From positions 1 through 55,020 of the forward strand of contig JAZQSR010000062.1 in NCBI GenBank assembly GCA_045630225.1: DNA of 55,020 bases, in the 5' to 3' direction. Each line of letters starts with the position of its first letter. Positions within the stretch are counted from its first letter, which is position 1. The notes under the pieces are model-generated. The model saw only the letters and a list, made by a program, of their open reading frames with translations. It did not search any database and was not told the origin of the DNA. Source of the stretch: Treponema sp. (GTDB lineage Bacteria > Spirochaetota > Spirochaetia > Treponematales > Treponemataceae). Below are positions 39,244 through 47,638 of this stretch, in pieces. A program made the position numbers and the translations under genes.

Positions 39244-40259
39244 AACATACTTTAACTACAAAACTTGTATTTGTGATGGCCCTCCTTATGGTGCTAGTAA
39301 CCTTAGGTTGTGAAAAAAAATCTGAAATTCAGCCTGTTACCACAGCACCACAAAAAAAATTGAAAATCGCCTTGGTTCAACTGAGTCAAAATCCCTCTTT
39401 TACCGACATGCAGGAAGGCTTTATTGCAGGAATGCAGGAGCTAGGATATGACAACGACAAAGTGGAATACCTTCAGTATGATGCAGGAGGCAGTATTTTT
39501 ACCCTGCACCACATCCTTAACTCCTTGGAAAGCCAGAAGGTAGACTTGTTGGTGCCACTGGTAACCTCTGTAACTCAGGCAGCAGTCAGCAAGGAACTCG
39601 GCATTCCCATTATCTTCATCTCCGTAACTGATCCTGTGGAAGCAGGAATTATGGCATCCCTCCAAACTCCCGACAAAAATGCCACAGGTACCTGCAATGT
39701 AGTTCCCATGGAAGAATTATTTCTACTGGCAAAGGAGTTAACTCCCCACATCCGTTCTGTAGGCATTCTCTATGATCCAAGCCTTCCCAATTCAGTAATC
39801 ACCGTTAAAAGAGCAAAGCAATACCTTGGTTCAGCAGGATTTGTGGTGGCAGAATCCATCGTTACCAATTCCTCAGAAGTTCAGTCTGCAACTCGTACCT
39901 TGGCAACAGTGGCAGATGCAATTTACGTTCCCATTGACTCCACCATTCTCAGTGCCATGAGCCAGGTGGTAGATATTGCCCTGCAACAGGGAAAGCCTGT
40001 ATACGGAAGTGCTCCTTCCATGGTGGCTTCTGGTGCCTTGGCTAGTGTAAGCGTCAGTGAATGGGAAACTGGCCGACAAACAGCAGCCCTTGCCCACCAG
40101 TTTTTTGAAGGAACTCCCATTGAACAAATCCCTGCAAAAGTTGTGGATAACTTTTTGTACACCGTCAATGGAGAAACGGCACAGGCCCTCACTATTACAA
40201 TTCCGCCCCAGACTGACACCCCCATTCAACTGGTAGATTCATCTGCTGGAACAAGGTAG
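39240..40259 (+). CDS. ABC transporter substrate-binding lipoprotein (ABC_sub_bind / TrpX-like aromatic-ligand family)
   Basis: Lipobox TLG|C; IPIIFISVTDPVEAGI..S..P..NATG; GILYDP; DAIYVP.DST. Confidence 0.85.
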   Translation: MKHTLTTKLVFVMALLMVLVTLGCEKKSEIQPVTTAPQKKLKIALVQLSQNPSFTDMQEGFIAGMQELGYDNDKVEYLQYDAGGSIFTLHHILNSLESQKVDLLVPLVTSVTQAAVSKELGIPIIFISVTDPVEAGIMASLQTPDKNATGTCNVVPMEELFLLAKELTPHIRSVGILYDPSLPNSVITVKRAKQYLGSAGFVVAESIVTNSSEVQSATRTLATVADAIYVPIDSTILSAMSQVVDIALQQGKPVYGSAPSMVASGALASVSVSEWETGRQTAALAHQFFEGTPIEQIPAKVVDNFLYTVNGETAQALTITIPPQTDTPIQLVDSSAGTR

Positions 40260-40265
40260 TAGTTC

Positions 40266-41135
40266 ATGAGTCTTTTTGCAGGAGCTGTTCAACAGGGTTG
40301 TTTTTACGGAATTGTTTCTGTAGGAGTATATCTTACCTTTCGGATTTTACGAATTCCAGATTTAACTGCAGATGGAGCTTTTACCCTTGGTGGAGCCACC
40401 AGTGCAAGCCTCATTCTGGCAAATGCTCCTGTTTTAGCCCTGCCCCTTTCCTTTGTGGCTGGCTGTGGAGCTGGCTTGGTAACGGCCTTTTTGCAAATCA
40501 AGCTACGAGTGGCTCCCATTCTTGCAGGATTTCTTACCATGTCTGGCTTATACACCGTCAATCTAGCAATTCAGAGGGGAGCTCCCAATCTTTCCTTGCT
40601 ACGGACAAAAAACTTATTCAACATTCTTCCCTTTCTGTCAAAAAAGGAAAGTCAATTTTTGTGGCCAATCTTATTGTGCCTCCTGGTATTTTTATGTTTC
40701 ACCCTGTTTTTGCACACAGAAAAGGGCCTGGAAATCCGAGCCGCTGGCAATAATCCAAAGATGGCCCAAGCCCAGGGAATCAATGTGGCACAGGCAAAAA
40801 CCTTGGCCCTCATGCTGGCCAACGGTACCATTGCCCTGGCAGGAAGCCTTGCAAGCCAGTATCAAGGTTACACCGACATAAACACAGGCTCTGGTTCCCT
40901 GTTGGTGGGGCTGGCAGGAGTGATTTTAGGAGAAGCAATCTTTCCTACTAGTCGCATTAGCTGGAGACTTGCCAGCATTGGAGCAGGAGCCATTTTGTAC
41001 CAGCTCCTTTTGGCAGTTGTAGTTCGCTATAGCTTTTTGCCCGCCTACACTTTTAAGCTGGTGGCAGCAGTACTCATTGCCTGTACCATCGGTGTAAGCC
41101 AGATCAAGAAAACCTCCCAAAATGACGAATTATAA
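40266..41135 (+). CDS. ABC transporter permease (BPD_transp_2 / TrpY-like)
   Basis: GVYLTFRIL..PDLTADGAFTLG, GLEIRAAGNN..MA..QGIN, Q.QGY.DI..G.G. Confidence 0.88.
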   Translation: MSLFAGAVQQGCFYGIVSVGVYLTFRILRIPDLTADGAFTLGGATSASLILANAPVLALPLSFVAGCGAGLVTAFLQIKLRVAPILAGFLTMSGLYTVNLAIQRGAPNLSLLRTKNLFNILPFLSKKESQFLWPILLCLLVFLCFTLFLHTEKGLEIRAAGNNPKMAQAQGINVAQAKTLALMLANGTIALAGSLASQYQGYTDINTGSGSLLVGLAGVILGEAIFPTSRISWRLASIGAGAILYQLLLAVVVRYSFLPAYTFKLVAAVLIACTIGVSQIKKTSQNDEL

Positions 41136-41162
41136 TTCATACAGAACAAAGTAATAGAAGGA

Positions 41163-42089
41163 ATGACCAACGTGTACCAGCGACTCAACTTTAAGCTCTC
41201 AATTCAAATGACAGCCCCTCACACTTGGCCAGCTTCTGTTATACCAGTGCTTTTTTCTGGTGCCATTGTTTTTCGTCAAACCCACACCTTAAACTGGAGG
41301 CTGTGGATTTTTCTGATTCTCATCAGCATATTGATGCAAAGTGCAGCCAACATCTTTAACGATTATTTTGACTTGTTGCGGGGAACAGATTCCACCGAGG
41401 ACTTTGTAGAACCTGATGATGCTGTTTTAGTCTACAACAAGATTCCTCCCCAGCAGGCTCTGTTTTTGGGCATTGGAACCATGGTGGCCGCATTGGCACT
41501 TTCTATCTATCCCATTATGGAAGGTGGATTTTTAGTTTTGGGCATTGGACTCCTTGGTGGCATTGTTTTGCTAGCTTATTCTGCCGGAACAACACCAATT
41601 TCCAGCATTCCCTTTGGAGAGGTGGCATCTGGAGTTACCATGGGAACCTTTATTCCACTAGCCTGTGTCACCGCCTTTACGGGGAAATTCTATCTTCCCG
41701 TAGTGCTAGACAGCTTGCCCATTACCTTAGGCATTAGCCTCATGATGATGACCAACAACACCTGCGACATCGAAAAAGATTTGCGAGTACAACGCTCCAC
41801 TCTGCCCATTTTGATGGGAAGAGCAAATGCAAGAACATTGTATCGAGTGTTACTTTTAACCTGGCTTTTTCTTTTGGGTGGTTATGCTGCCTTCCGTTTT
41901 CCTGTACAGGATTCTTGGACATGGCCCCTTCTTCTGTGTTGCATTTTTTTGGCAATCCTCTGTGGTACGACTTTAATCAAGCAGCTGAAATTCGACTTGA
42001 ATCCACCCTGCCGCCCCAAAGCCATGAAAAACATTGCCGCCCTCAACGGATTGCTGGGGCTGTTCTACACCCTGTGGTTGGTGCTCTAA
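41163..42089 (+). CDS. menA: UbiA-family prenyltransferase, MenA/DmkA-like (DHNA polyprenyltransferase)
   Basis: PHT.PAS..PV, ANIFNDYFD..RGTD, GE, NNTCDIEKD..V.R.TL Asp-rich motifs; multiple TM helices. Confidence 0.85.
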   Translation: MTNVYQRLNFKLSIQMTAPHTWPASVIPVLFSGAIVFRQTHTLNWRLWIFLILISILMQSAANIFNDYFDLLRGTDSTEDFVEPDDAVLVYNKIPPQQALFLGIGTMVAALALSIYPIMEGGFLVLGIGLLGGIVLLAYSAGTTPISSIPFGEVASGVTMGTFIPLACVTAFTGKFYLPVVLDSLPITLGISLMMMTNNTCDIEKDLRVQRSTLPILMGRANARTLYRVLLLTWLFLLGGYAAFRFPVQDSWTWPLLLCCIFLAILCGTTLIKQLKFDLNPPCRPKAMKNIAALNGLLGLFYTLWLVL

Positions 42090-42103
42090 AACAGGCTGAT
42101 TCT

Positions 42104-42637
42104 TTAGGCTGGTTTTCCATTCAATTCTTTTTGCATAAAATCTAGCACCTGTAAAAACACTTCCTCTCGGTTTTCCAGAGAAAGGCGAAAGCACCGACAA
42201 TGCTGGTGGCCCCGCACTTGGTTCAAAAAAGCAGCATCCTTGTGCTTTAGGGCAATAATTCCCACCTGATTCCGATTCAAAAGCTCCAAGACAGCGGCAC
42301 AAAAGCTTTCTGACACTCGCTCCAAAACACCAAGCTCATCTAGCAGCACAAGATGACCAGCAGGAACAGGCTGGGAAAGCAGTGGAGCAACGTCATCAAA
42401 GGCTTCTTTCCGCACCTCTAGCTGCTTTCTGTTACAATAGGCCACCAGTTTTCGCTCTCCCTCTTGGCCGTAGCCACGGAGGTGCTGCAAGTACACAGGA
42501 AAGCCACCAGCTTCTTCCTCCAGCGTATCACCTTTACGAGTAACAAGTCCCCACACTGGCAGTGATAACTCTTGCACCACCCGCTGAACAAGGCTACTTT
42601 TTCCCACTCCAGGCTCACCTACAATCACTGCATACAT
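42104..42637 (-). CDS. P-loop nucleoside triphosphatase (NTPase_1/THEP1-like)
   Basis: GEPGVGKS Walker A, LVLLDELG.LE Walker B, ENR near the C-terminus. Confidence 0.85.
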   Translation of the reverse strand: MYAVIVGEPGVGKSSLVQRVVQELSLPVWGLVTRKGDTLEEEAGGFPVYLQHLRGYGQEGERKLVAYCNRKQLEVRKEAFDDVAPLLSQPVPAGHLVLLDELGVLERVSESFCAAVLELLNRNQVGIIALKHKDAAFLNQVRGHQHCRCFRLSLENREEVFLQVLDFMQKELNGKPA

Positions 42638-42654
42638 AGCGGCACCTCAAAAAC

Positions 42655-43737
42655 TTACTGACAAAAGGCGAATTCCGTAAGACTGGCATACTGGCTTTCT
42701 GTCAGCTCACATCCGTAAAACAGCTTGTAGTACTGGCAAATTTCTTCTTGAACATCATAGTCACAATATTCTGGATATAAGACAGCAGTTATCCAAATCA
42801 TTCCTAAAAAACGCTGAACTGAAGGTGGCATTCCCATCCAGTTATGGGGAGCACTGGGAACCTCCAGATAACGTCCAGCTGCAATGCCTGCGATTTCATT
42901 CCAAGAAGCCATTTTTGCAACATCATGATAAATACTTCCTGCATCAAAAATCACAAAGTCTGGATTCCACAGGGCAATTTGCTCCATTGTCACCTCGTTT
43001 CCCAGTCCCTTAGACAGAGGATTGTCCACTACGGCCACATTATCCGTCAACATATCAATCAATTCTGCATGGTAGGAATTTTTTGCCAATACGTTCAGTC
43101 CCTGTTCACCTACCACAAAAAGACTGCGAACCTTCTTGTCCCCCACCTTTTCCATAATCTGCATCGTACGCTGATAAGTTGTTTCACAGAATTGAGCCAA
43201 GGCTTCACATCGCTCCTGCTTGCCAAGCAATTCCCCCAGCACACGATAGGTTTTTCCCATGTCCTGAAGGGAAGTTACAACGTAGACAGAAGGAATTCCT
43301 GTTTGTTTTTGCAATATGTCCAAGTCTTCCACGGTGGTTTTCTTGATTTCACCAATGTCGATAATGCAATCGGGCTCAGAAAAGGCCAATTCTTCCACAT
43401 TCAAGGAAACGCCCCCGTAAAGCTGACCAAAATAAGGCAAGTCTCGGTATTTTTGTGGAATAAATTCCTTGGCACTGTCACTCCATCTGTTTGTAAGGCC
43501 AGTAAACATGTCTGGATCGATGGAATACAAAATGATTTGAGCCAGTGGCCCCGCAGGAATGATTCTGGTAATTTTTTTGGGCAGCTCCACCTGACGGCCA
43601 ACATCATCAACATAGATTCGACTTTCCACTGACGTAACAGCTTTTTCTGCAGGACTCTTTTTTGCACAAGAAAGCAGAGAGCCAGCTAAAATCACACAAA
43701 CAAAACACAGCAACAGCTTACGGCTTTTCATCATCAT
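42655..43737 (-). CDS. Class III (Fe-siderophore/B12/MolA-type) ABC substrate-binding lipoprotein
   Basis: Lipobox LLS|C; D..GRQVELP.KI.RI, NVEEL...EPD, EVTMEQI..WNPD.VI, W...PPS..RFLG. Confidence 0.88.
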   Translation of the reverse strand: MMMKSRKLLLCFVCVILAGSLLSCAKKSPAEKAVTSVESRIYVDDVGRQVELPKKITRIIPAGPLAQIILYSIDPDMFTGLTNRWSDSAKEFIPQKYRDLPYFGQLYGGVSLNVEELAFSEPDCIIDIGEIKKTTVEDLDILQKQTGIPSVYVVTSLQDMGKTYRVLGELLGKQERCEALAQFCETTYQRTMQIMEKVGDKKVRSLFVVGEQGLNVLAKNSYHAELIDMLTDNVAVVDNPLSKGLGNEVTMEQIALWNPDFVIFDAGSIYHDVAKMASWNEIAGIAAGRYLEVPSAPHNWMGMPPSVQRFLGMIWITAVLYPEYCDYDVQEEICQYYKLFYGCELTESQYASLTEFAFCQ

Positions 43738-44515
43738 GTTCTCCTTTTATTCCAGCTACCACAGGAACTGCAACCCGCACTCCATGTACAGGGCAAACCT
43801 CCACATTCACACCATACAAAGAGGAAATCAGTTGAGAAGTATACACTTCCTTTGGCTCACCACAAGCCAACACCTGCCCTCCCTGCAAGGCGAGAATACG
43901 AGTAGAATACAAGTAAGCTTGGTCAGGGTCATGGGTAGACTGCACCACACAGAACCCATCCTGCACCAAGTTTTGCAGGGTTTGCATTACACGGATGCGA
44001 TTTCCAAAGTCCAGATTGGCACAGGGCTCATCCAGCACCAGAAGCTTTGCCTTTTGAGCAATACCTCGAGCTATCAAAACGAGCTGACGTTCACCGCCAC
44101 TAATGGAGCCATAGCCTCTGTCCCGCAAATGGGCAATTCCCAGCCGTTCCAGAGCAAAATCTACCTGTTCTTGCTGCTCCTTTCCCGGCAGAGAAAATTG
44201 TCCCATTTGGGCAGTAGTTCCCATAAGTACCATGTCCTGCACGCTAAAATTGAACACGGGATTATGAGACTGAGGAATATAGGCAATGTGACGAGCCAAC
44301 TGGACTGAAGAATATTCACAGATAGCCCTTCCCTTCAAAAGAATTGAACCTGAACTTGGCTTAAGCAAGCCTAAAATGCAACGAAAAAGCGTACTTTTTC
44401 CCACACCGTTGGGTCCCAAAATAGACAGGAAATCTCCCCCCTGAGTGGAAAAACTTACATTTCGCAAAACATCGTGGTTTCCGTAGGAAAAACAAAGCTT
44501 TTCAACCTGAATCAA
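43718..44515 (-). CDS. FecE/BtuD-type ABC ATP-binding protein
   Basis: GPNGVGKST, AYIPQ, ISGGERQLVLIAR, LDEP.ANLDFGN, STHDP. Confidence 0.94.
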   Translation of the reverse strand: MIQVEKLCFSYGNHDVLRNVSFSTQGGDFLSILGPNGVGKSTLFRCILGLLKPSSGSILLKGRAICEYSSVQLARHIAYIPQSHNPVFNFSVQDMVLMGTTAQMGQFSLPGKEQQEQVDFALERLGIAHLRDRGYGSISGGERQLVLIARGIAQKAKLLVLDEPCANLDFGNRIRVMQTLQNLVQDGFCVVQSTHDPDQAYLYSTRILALQGGQVLACGEPKEVYTSQLISSLYGVNVEVCPVHGVRVAVPVVAGIKGEHDDEKP

Positions 44516-45528
44516 TGGCGTTCCCCCTCTCCTAAAATCAAATATAAAAAGAAGGGTATTCCAATAAATGAGGTGAGAATACCGATGGGAATTTCTGTAG
44601 CCAAAAGATTTCTGGAAACGGAATCCACCGCCAGCAAAAAGCTACTTCCCAGCAGCATGGAGGCAGGCAGCAGATAGCGATAGTTGTTGCCCACCAAACG
44701 GCGGGTGATATGAGGAATCACCAAGCCCACCCAACCGATAACTCCACTAACAGAAACGCTAGCAGCAGTAATCAGCGTAGCACAAATAATCACCAAAGAA
44801 CGGAGTCGTTGCACGTTGATTCCCATAGTTCGAGCTTCCTCCTCTCCCAGAGTTAAAAGATTTATCCGCCACCGCAGCAAAAACAAGGGTACCAACCCCG
44901 CCATCATGGGAATCAGAACAAAGAGCACATCCTTGGACGTGGAGCCGTTCAAGCTTCCCATGAGCCAATAGGTAATGGCAGGAAGCTGGTCATCGGGGTC
45001 TGCCACCATTTTGATAAAGGAAGTGCCAGAAGAAGCCAGAGACCCCATCATAATTCCCGCCAAAATCAAGCCCAAAAAGCGTTTTCCCCTGGCTCGTGAA
45101 CCAACATACATCACCGCCATCACAGCCAAAATACTAAATCCAAAGGCAAACACCACAATCATGGTTTTCCCAAGATTCAGCAGGATGGCTAAAGCTGCTC
45201 CAAAGGCAGCCCCAGAAGAAGCTCCCAAAATATCAGGGGCCGCCATGGGATTGTGAAACACACCCTGATAGGCCGACCCAGCAGCAGTGAGACTACAGCC
45301 CACCAAGCAGGCCAGCACAATTCGAGGGAGACGATGCTGAAGTAGCAAGGATTCTTGCACCGGCTTCCAAAATGGTTCTATGTCTACAACCTTGGAGATG
45401 AGAATACCAAACAATTCCTTGATGCCAATGGGATATCGCCCCAGTGACACCGAAATCAAAATGCAGGCCACAAGCACTGCCACTAAAATGAGGATAATAG
45501 AAGTGTAGGAAAGGTGTTTTTTTGCCAT
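44512..45528 (-). CDS. FecCD/BtuC-family ABC permease
   Basis: RLPRI, YQGVFHNPMAAPDILGASSGA, WLMGS, LG.EEA..MGI, GVIGWVGLVIPH, EIPIGILT. Confidence 0.94.
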   Translation of the reverse strand: MAKKHLSYTSIILILVAVLVACILISVSLGRYPIGIKELFGILISKVVDIEPFWKPVQESLLLQHRLPRIVLACLVGCSLTAAGSAYQGVFHNPMAAPDILGASSGAAFGAALAILLNLGKTMIVVFAFGFSILAVMAVMYVGSRARGKRFLGLILAGIMMGSLASSGTSFIKMVADPDDQLPAITYWLMGSLNGSTSKDVLFVLIPMMAGLVPLFLLRWRINLLTLGEEEARTMGINVQRLRSLVIICATLITAASVSVSGVIGWVGLVIPHITRRLVGNNYRYLLPASMLLGSSFLLAVDSVSRNLLATEIPIGILTSFIGIPFFLYLILGEGERH

Positions 45529-45627
45529 ACCCAAACAAGACGCTCCATGTAAAAAAGCTTGTCCTGCGGTAAAAAACGCAAAACAAGCCTCCGAGCCCTA
45601 ATTTGGGTAGATAAGACGAGTCATTAA

Positions 45628-45737
45628 CGTTTCCTTCTCACAGTGGAAGGCGGTGCCGTTTCCAGCACAACCCCGTGACCCTTTTGGTCAGGCTGTAGTC
45701 CATGGCCCAAGGCTTTAGAAACTAACAGCACGGAAAT
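45628..45737 (-). ncRNA. Moco RNA motif (putative molybdenum-cofactor riboswitch), P3-containing type
   Basis: Minus strand TTTCCGTGCTG...CTAAAGCC..GGCCATGG..CAGC-TGACC(AAAAG)GGTCA-GGGTT-GTGCTG(GAAA)CGGCAC-GCCTTCC...GAGAAGGAAA reproduces the Moco motif layout; sits in a molybdoenzyme/mobA locus. Confidence 0.85.
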
Positions 45738-45746
45738 CTTACATCC

Positions 45747-45775
45747 AAGATACCACCAGTTTATGTACCTGTCAA
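45747..45775 (-). promoter_or_regulatory. Sigma70-type promoter driving the Moco motif and ABC operon
   Basis: Minus strand TTGACA-17 bp-TATCTT with a TG extension, about 10 bp upstream of the RNA motif. Confidence 0.7.
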
Positions 45776-45822
45776 TATGCAAAAACTTTCCCCTGTGAGC
45801 CAAAATTTGTATATTTAATCTC

Positions 45823-46464
45823 ATGAATACTACAAAAACTACTGCTATCATCCTTGCAGGAGGAAAAAGTAGCCGATTCGGTGCAGATAAAACCACTTTG
45901 CCCTGGGGCAATCGATTAATAATCCATCATTTGGTAGAAGCCTGTAACAAATTTGCAGATGAAGTGTTAATTATCAGCAACCAGCAGAATAAATTTGCCA
46001 TAGAAGGGGTTCGTGAGATTTCCGACATTTTCAAGGAAAAAGGCCCTTTAGGCGGTTTTCATGCTGGAATGGAAGCAGCTCGCTACGATAAAATTTTTTT
46101 TACCGCCTGCGATATGCCCCTGTTCAACCTGGAGCTGGCTCAAAAGCTTCTTGCACAGCTTGACCACGGGGCAGAGGCTGCAATTCCCCGCCACGGAGAA
46201 AGAACGGAGCCCCTATTTTCCGCCATCCTTCGCCCCGCAGCCTTAAGCAAGGCCACCGCCATGCTCCAGCAGGATAACAGACGATTGATGGATTTTTTCC
46301 GACAGCTGAACACTAGCTACCTGGAATGTCAGGAAGAGGATTTTCAGTTCAATCTGAATCGGCAGGAGGATTATCAAGCCTTTCTCGCCGCCAACACCAC
46401 AAACCTTTCTTCAAACCTCAGCAACGAGAAAGGTAATACAAAAGGAGATACACACAATGAATAG
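45823..46464 (+). CDS. mobA: Molybdenum cofactor guanylyltransferase
   Basis: IILAGGKSSRFGADK, D....GPLGG..AG, ACDMP, EPL, NLN..ED. Confidence 0.92.
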   Translation: MNTTKTTAIILAGGKSSRFGADKTTLPWGNRLIIHHLVEACNKFADEVLIISNQQNKFAIEGVREISDIFKEKGPLGGFHAGMEAARYDKIFFTACDMPLFNLELAQKLLAQLDHGAEAAIPRHGERTEPLFSAILRPAALSKATAMLQQDNRRLMDFFRQLNTSYLECQEEDFQFNLNRQEDYQAFLAANTTNLSSNLSNEKGNTKGDTHNE

Positions 46465-46819
46465 AGATTTTATGATGATGCTAGGAAATATGTTTGGTCA
46501 CAAGGACAACCAAGGCTTTTCCCAAAGCACCATGCAGGAACTGGCTCAACGGCTCCAAACAGAAAAGGATTTTATCCTTCTGGATGTACGCACCCACGAA
46601 GAATTTGAAGAAGGCCACATTCCTGGAGCCATTTGCATTCCCAACGAAACAATCGCAAGCGAGGCTGCCACAAAGCTCCCCAACAAGGAACAGCTGATTT
46701 TTGTTTATTGCCGCAGCGGAATGCGGAGCATGATGTCCGCCAATTTTTTGGCAAGCCAGGGCTACACCAATGTGGTGGAATGTGGCGGGATTATGGATTG
46801 GCACGGGAGCTTGGAATAG
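46457..46819 (+). CDS. Rhodanese-domain sulfurtransferase (cytoplasmic)
   Basis: ILLDVRTHEEFEEGHIPGAICIP, VYCRSGMRS active-site loop, GGIMDW. Confidence 0.92.
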   Translation: MNRDFMMMLGNMFGHKDNQGFSQSTMQELAQRLQTEKDFILLDVRTHEEFEEGHIPGAICIPNETIASEAATKLPNKEQLIFVYCRSGMRSMMSANFLASQGYTNVVECGGIMDWHGSLE

Positions 46820-46844
46820 TTTTTATAACACATACGGAGGAAGA

Positions 46845-47219
46845 ATGAAAAAAATTATATACTTATTAGCAACTGCAGTATTGTTCATCTCCTGTTCAAA
46901 AGGACAATTCACTCAAATTTCCATGGAAGAGCTAGCTCAGCGTCTCCAATCAGAGTCCGATTATATTTTGCTTGATGTTCGCACTCCAGAAGAATTTTCC
47001 ACTGGCCACATTCCCGGAGCCATCTGCATTCCCAATGAAAGTATCGGGAAACAAGAACTTCCTACTTTGCCAAACAAAAAACAACGGATTTACATCTATT
47101 GCCGAAGCGGAAGCAGAAGTAAACATGCTGCCGACAAGCTCCTAGATCTGGGCTACACAAATCTTGTGGAAGCTGGTGGAATTATGGACTGGCAGGGGGA
47201 TATTGAAGTAGGACGGTAA
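46845..47219 (+). CDS. Rhodanese-domain lipoprotein
   Basis: GGAGG RBS; lipobox FIS|C; LDVRTPEEF..GHIPGA, IYCRSGSRS, GGIMDW. Confidence 0.92.
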   Translation: MKKIIYLLATAVLFISCSKGQFTQISMEELAQRLQSESDYILLDVRTPEEFSTGHIPGAICIPNESIGKQELPTLPNKKQRIYIYCRSGSRSKHAADKLLDLGYTNLVEAGGIMDWQGDIEVGR

Positions 47220-47267
47220 GTCCTCGAACAGCATCTCGGGTGGTTGAATCCCAAGTTCCATCACAAC

Positions 47268-47537
47268 AGTCTCATCTACACTGACGGGGCTCGCCAATAG
47301 CCCACCCTCGCCTTACGCTGAGCAAGCTCAGATAGGGAGCGACGGCTCTAAGCCGAAAAATCGCGATATATTGAGCGATTTTAGCGAGTCTCGGCGCGTG
47401 CTTGCACGCCTTGCCCCCGCGAAACCGCCTGCGAAGCAATGGCAGGCGCCCATTGGCATCCCCTCCACTTTAGCTGATGGCTGCAGTCGGGGGCTTCAAG
47501 TTCACGGTCTACTGCTCGATAGTGGGTAGATGGGGCT
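47268..47537 (+). other. Unassigned GC-rich multi-hairpin structured element (ncRNA or miniature mobile/REP-like element)
   Basis: 12-bp terminal stem agtctcatctac/gtagatggggct (two G-U pairs) enclosing at least five hairpins. Confidence 0.55.
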
Positions 47538-47638
47538 GGATAAATAACACAAAAAGATGAAGTTTTTTCTGAGAAAAACGCATTTTTTTTAACCTCCAAA
47601 CCTATAATCTATATGTAAGAAAAAAACTTGGAGGAATA

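Noticed and set aside
47220-47540. RNase P RNA, tmRNA, SRP, 6S or tRNA identity for the structured element
   Set aside because: No GAGGAAAGTCC/ACAGAA..CGGCTTA pair, no tRNA-like ends, no SRP GGAAGG..AGCAG loop and no cloverleaf seen; left unassigned
47381-47599. 72-aa minus-strand ORF
   Set aside because: Overlaps the palindromic element and the rpn promoter region, with no RBS or recognisable domain
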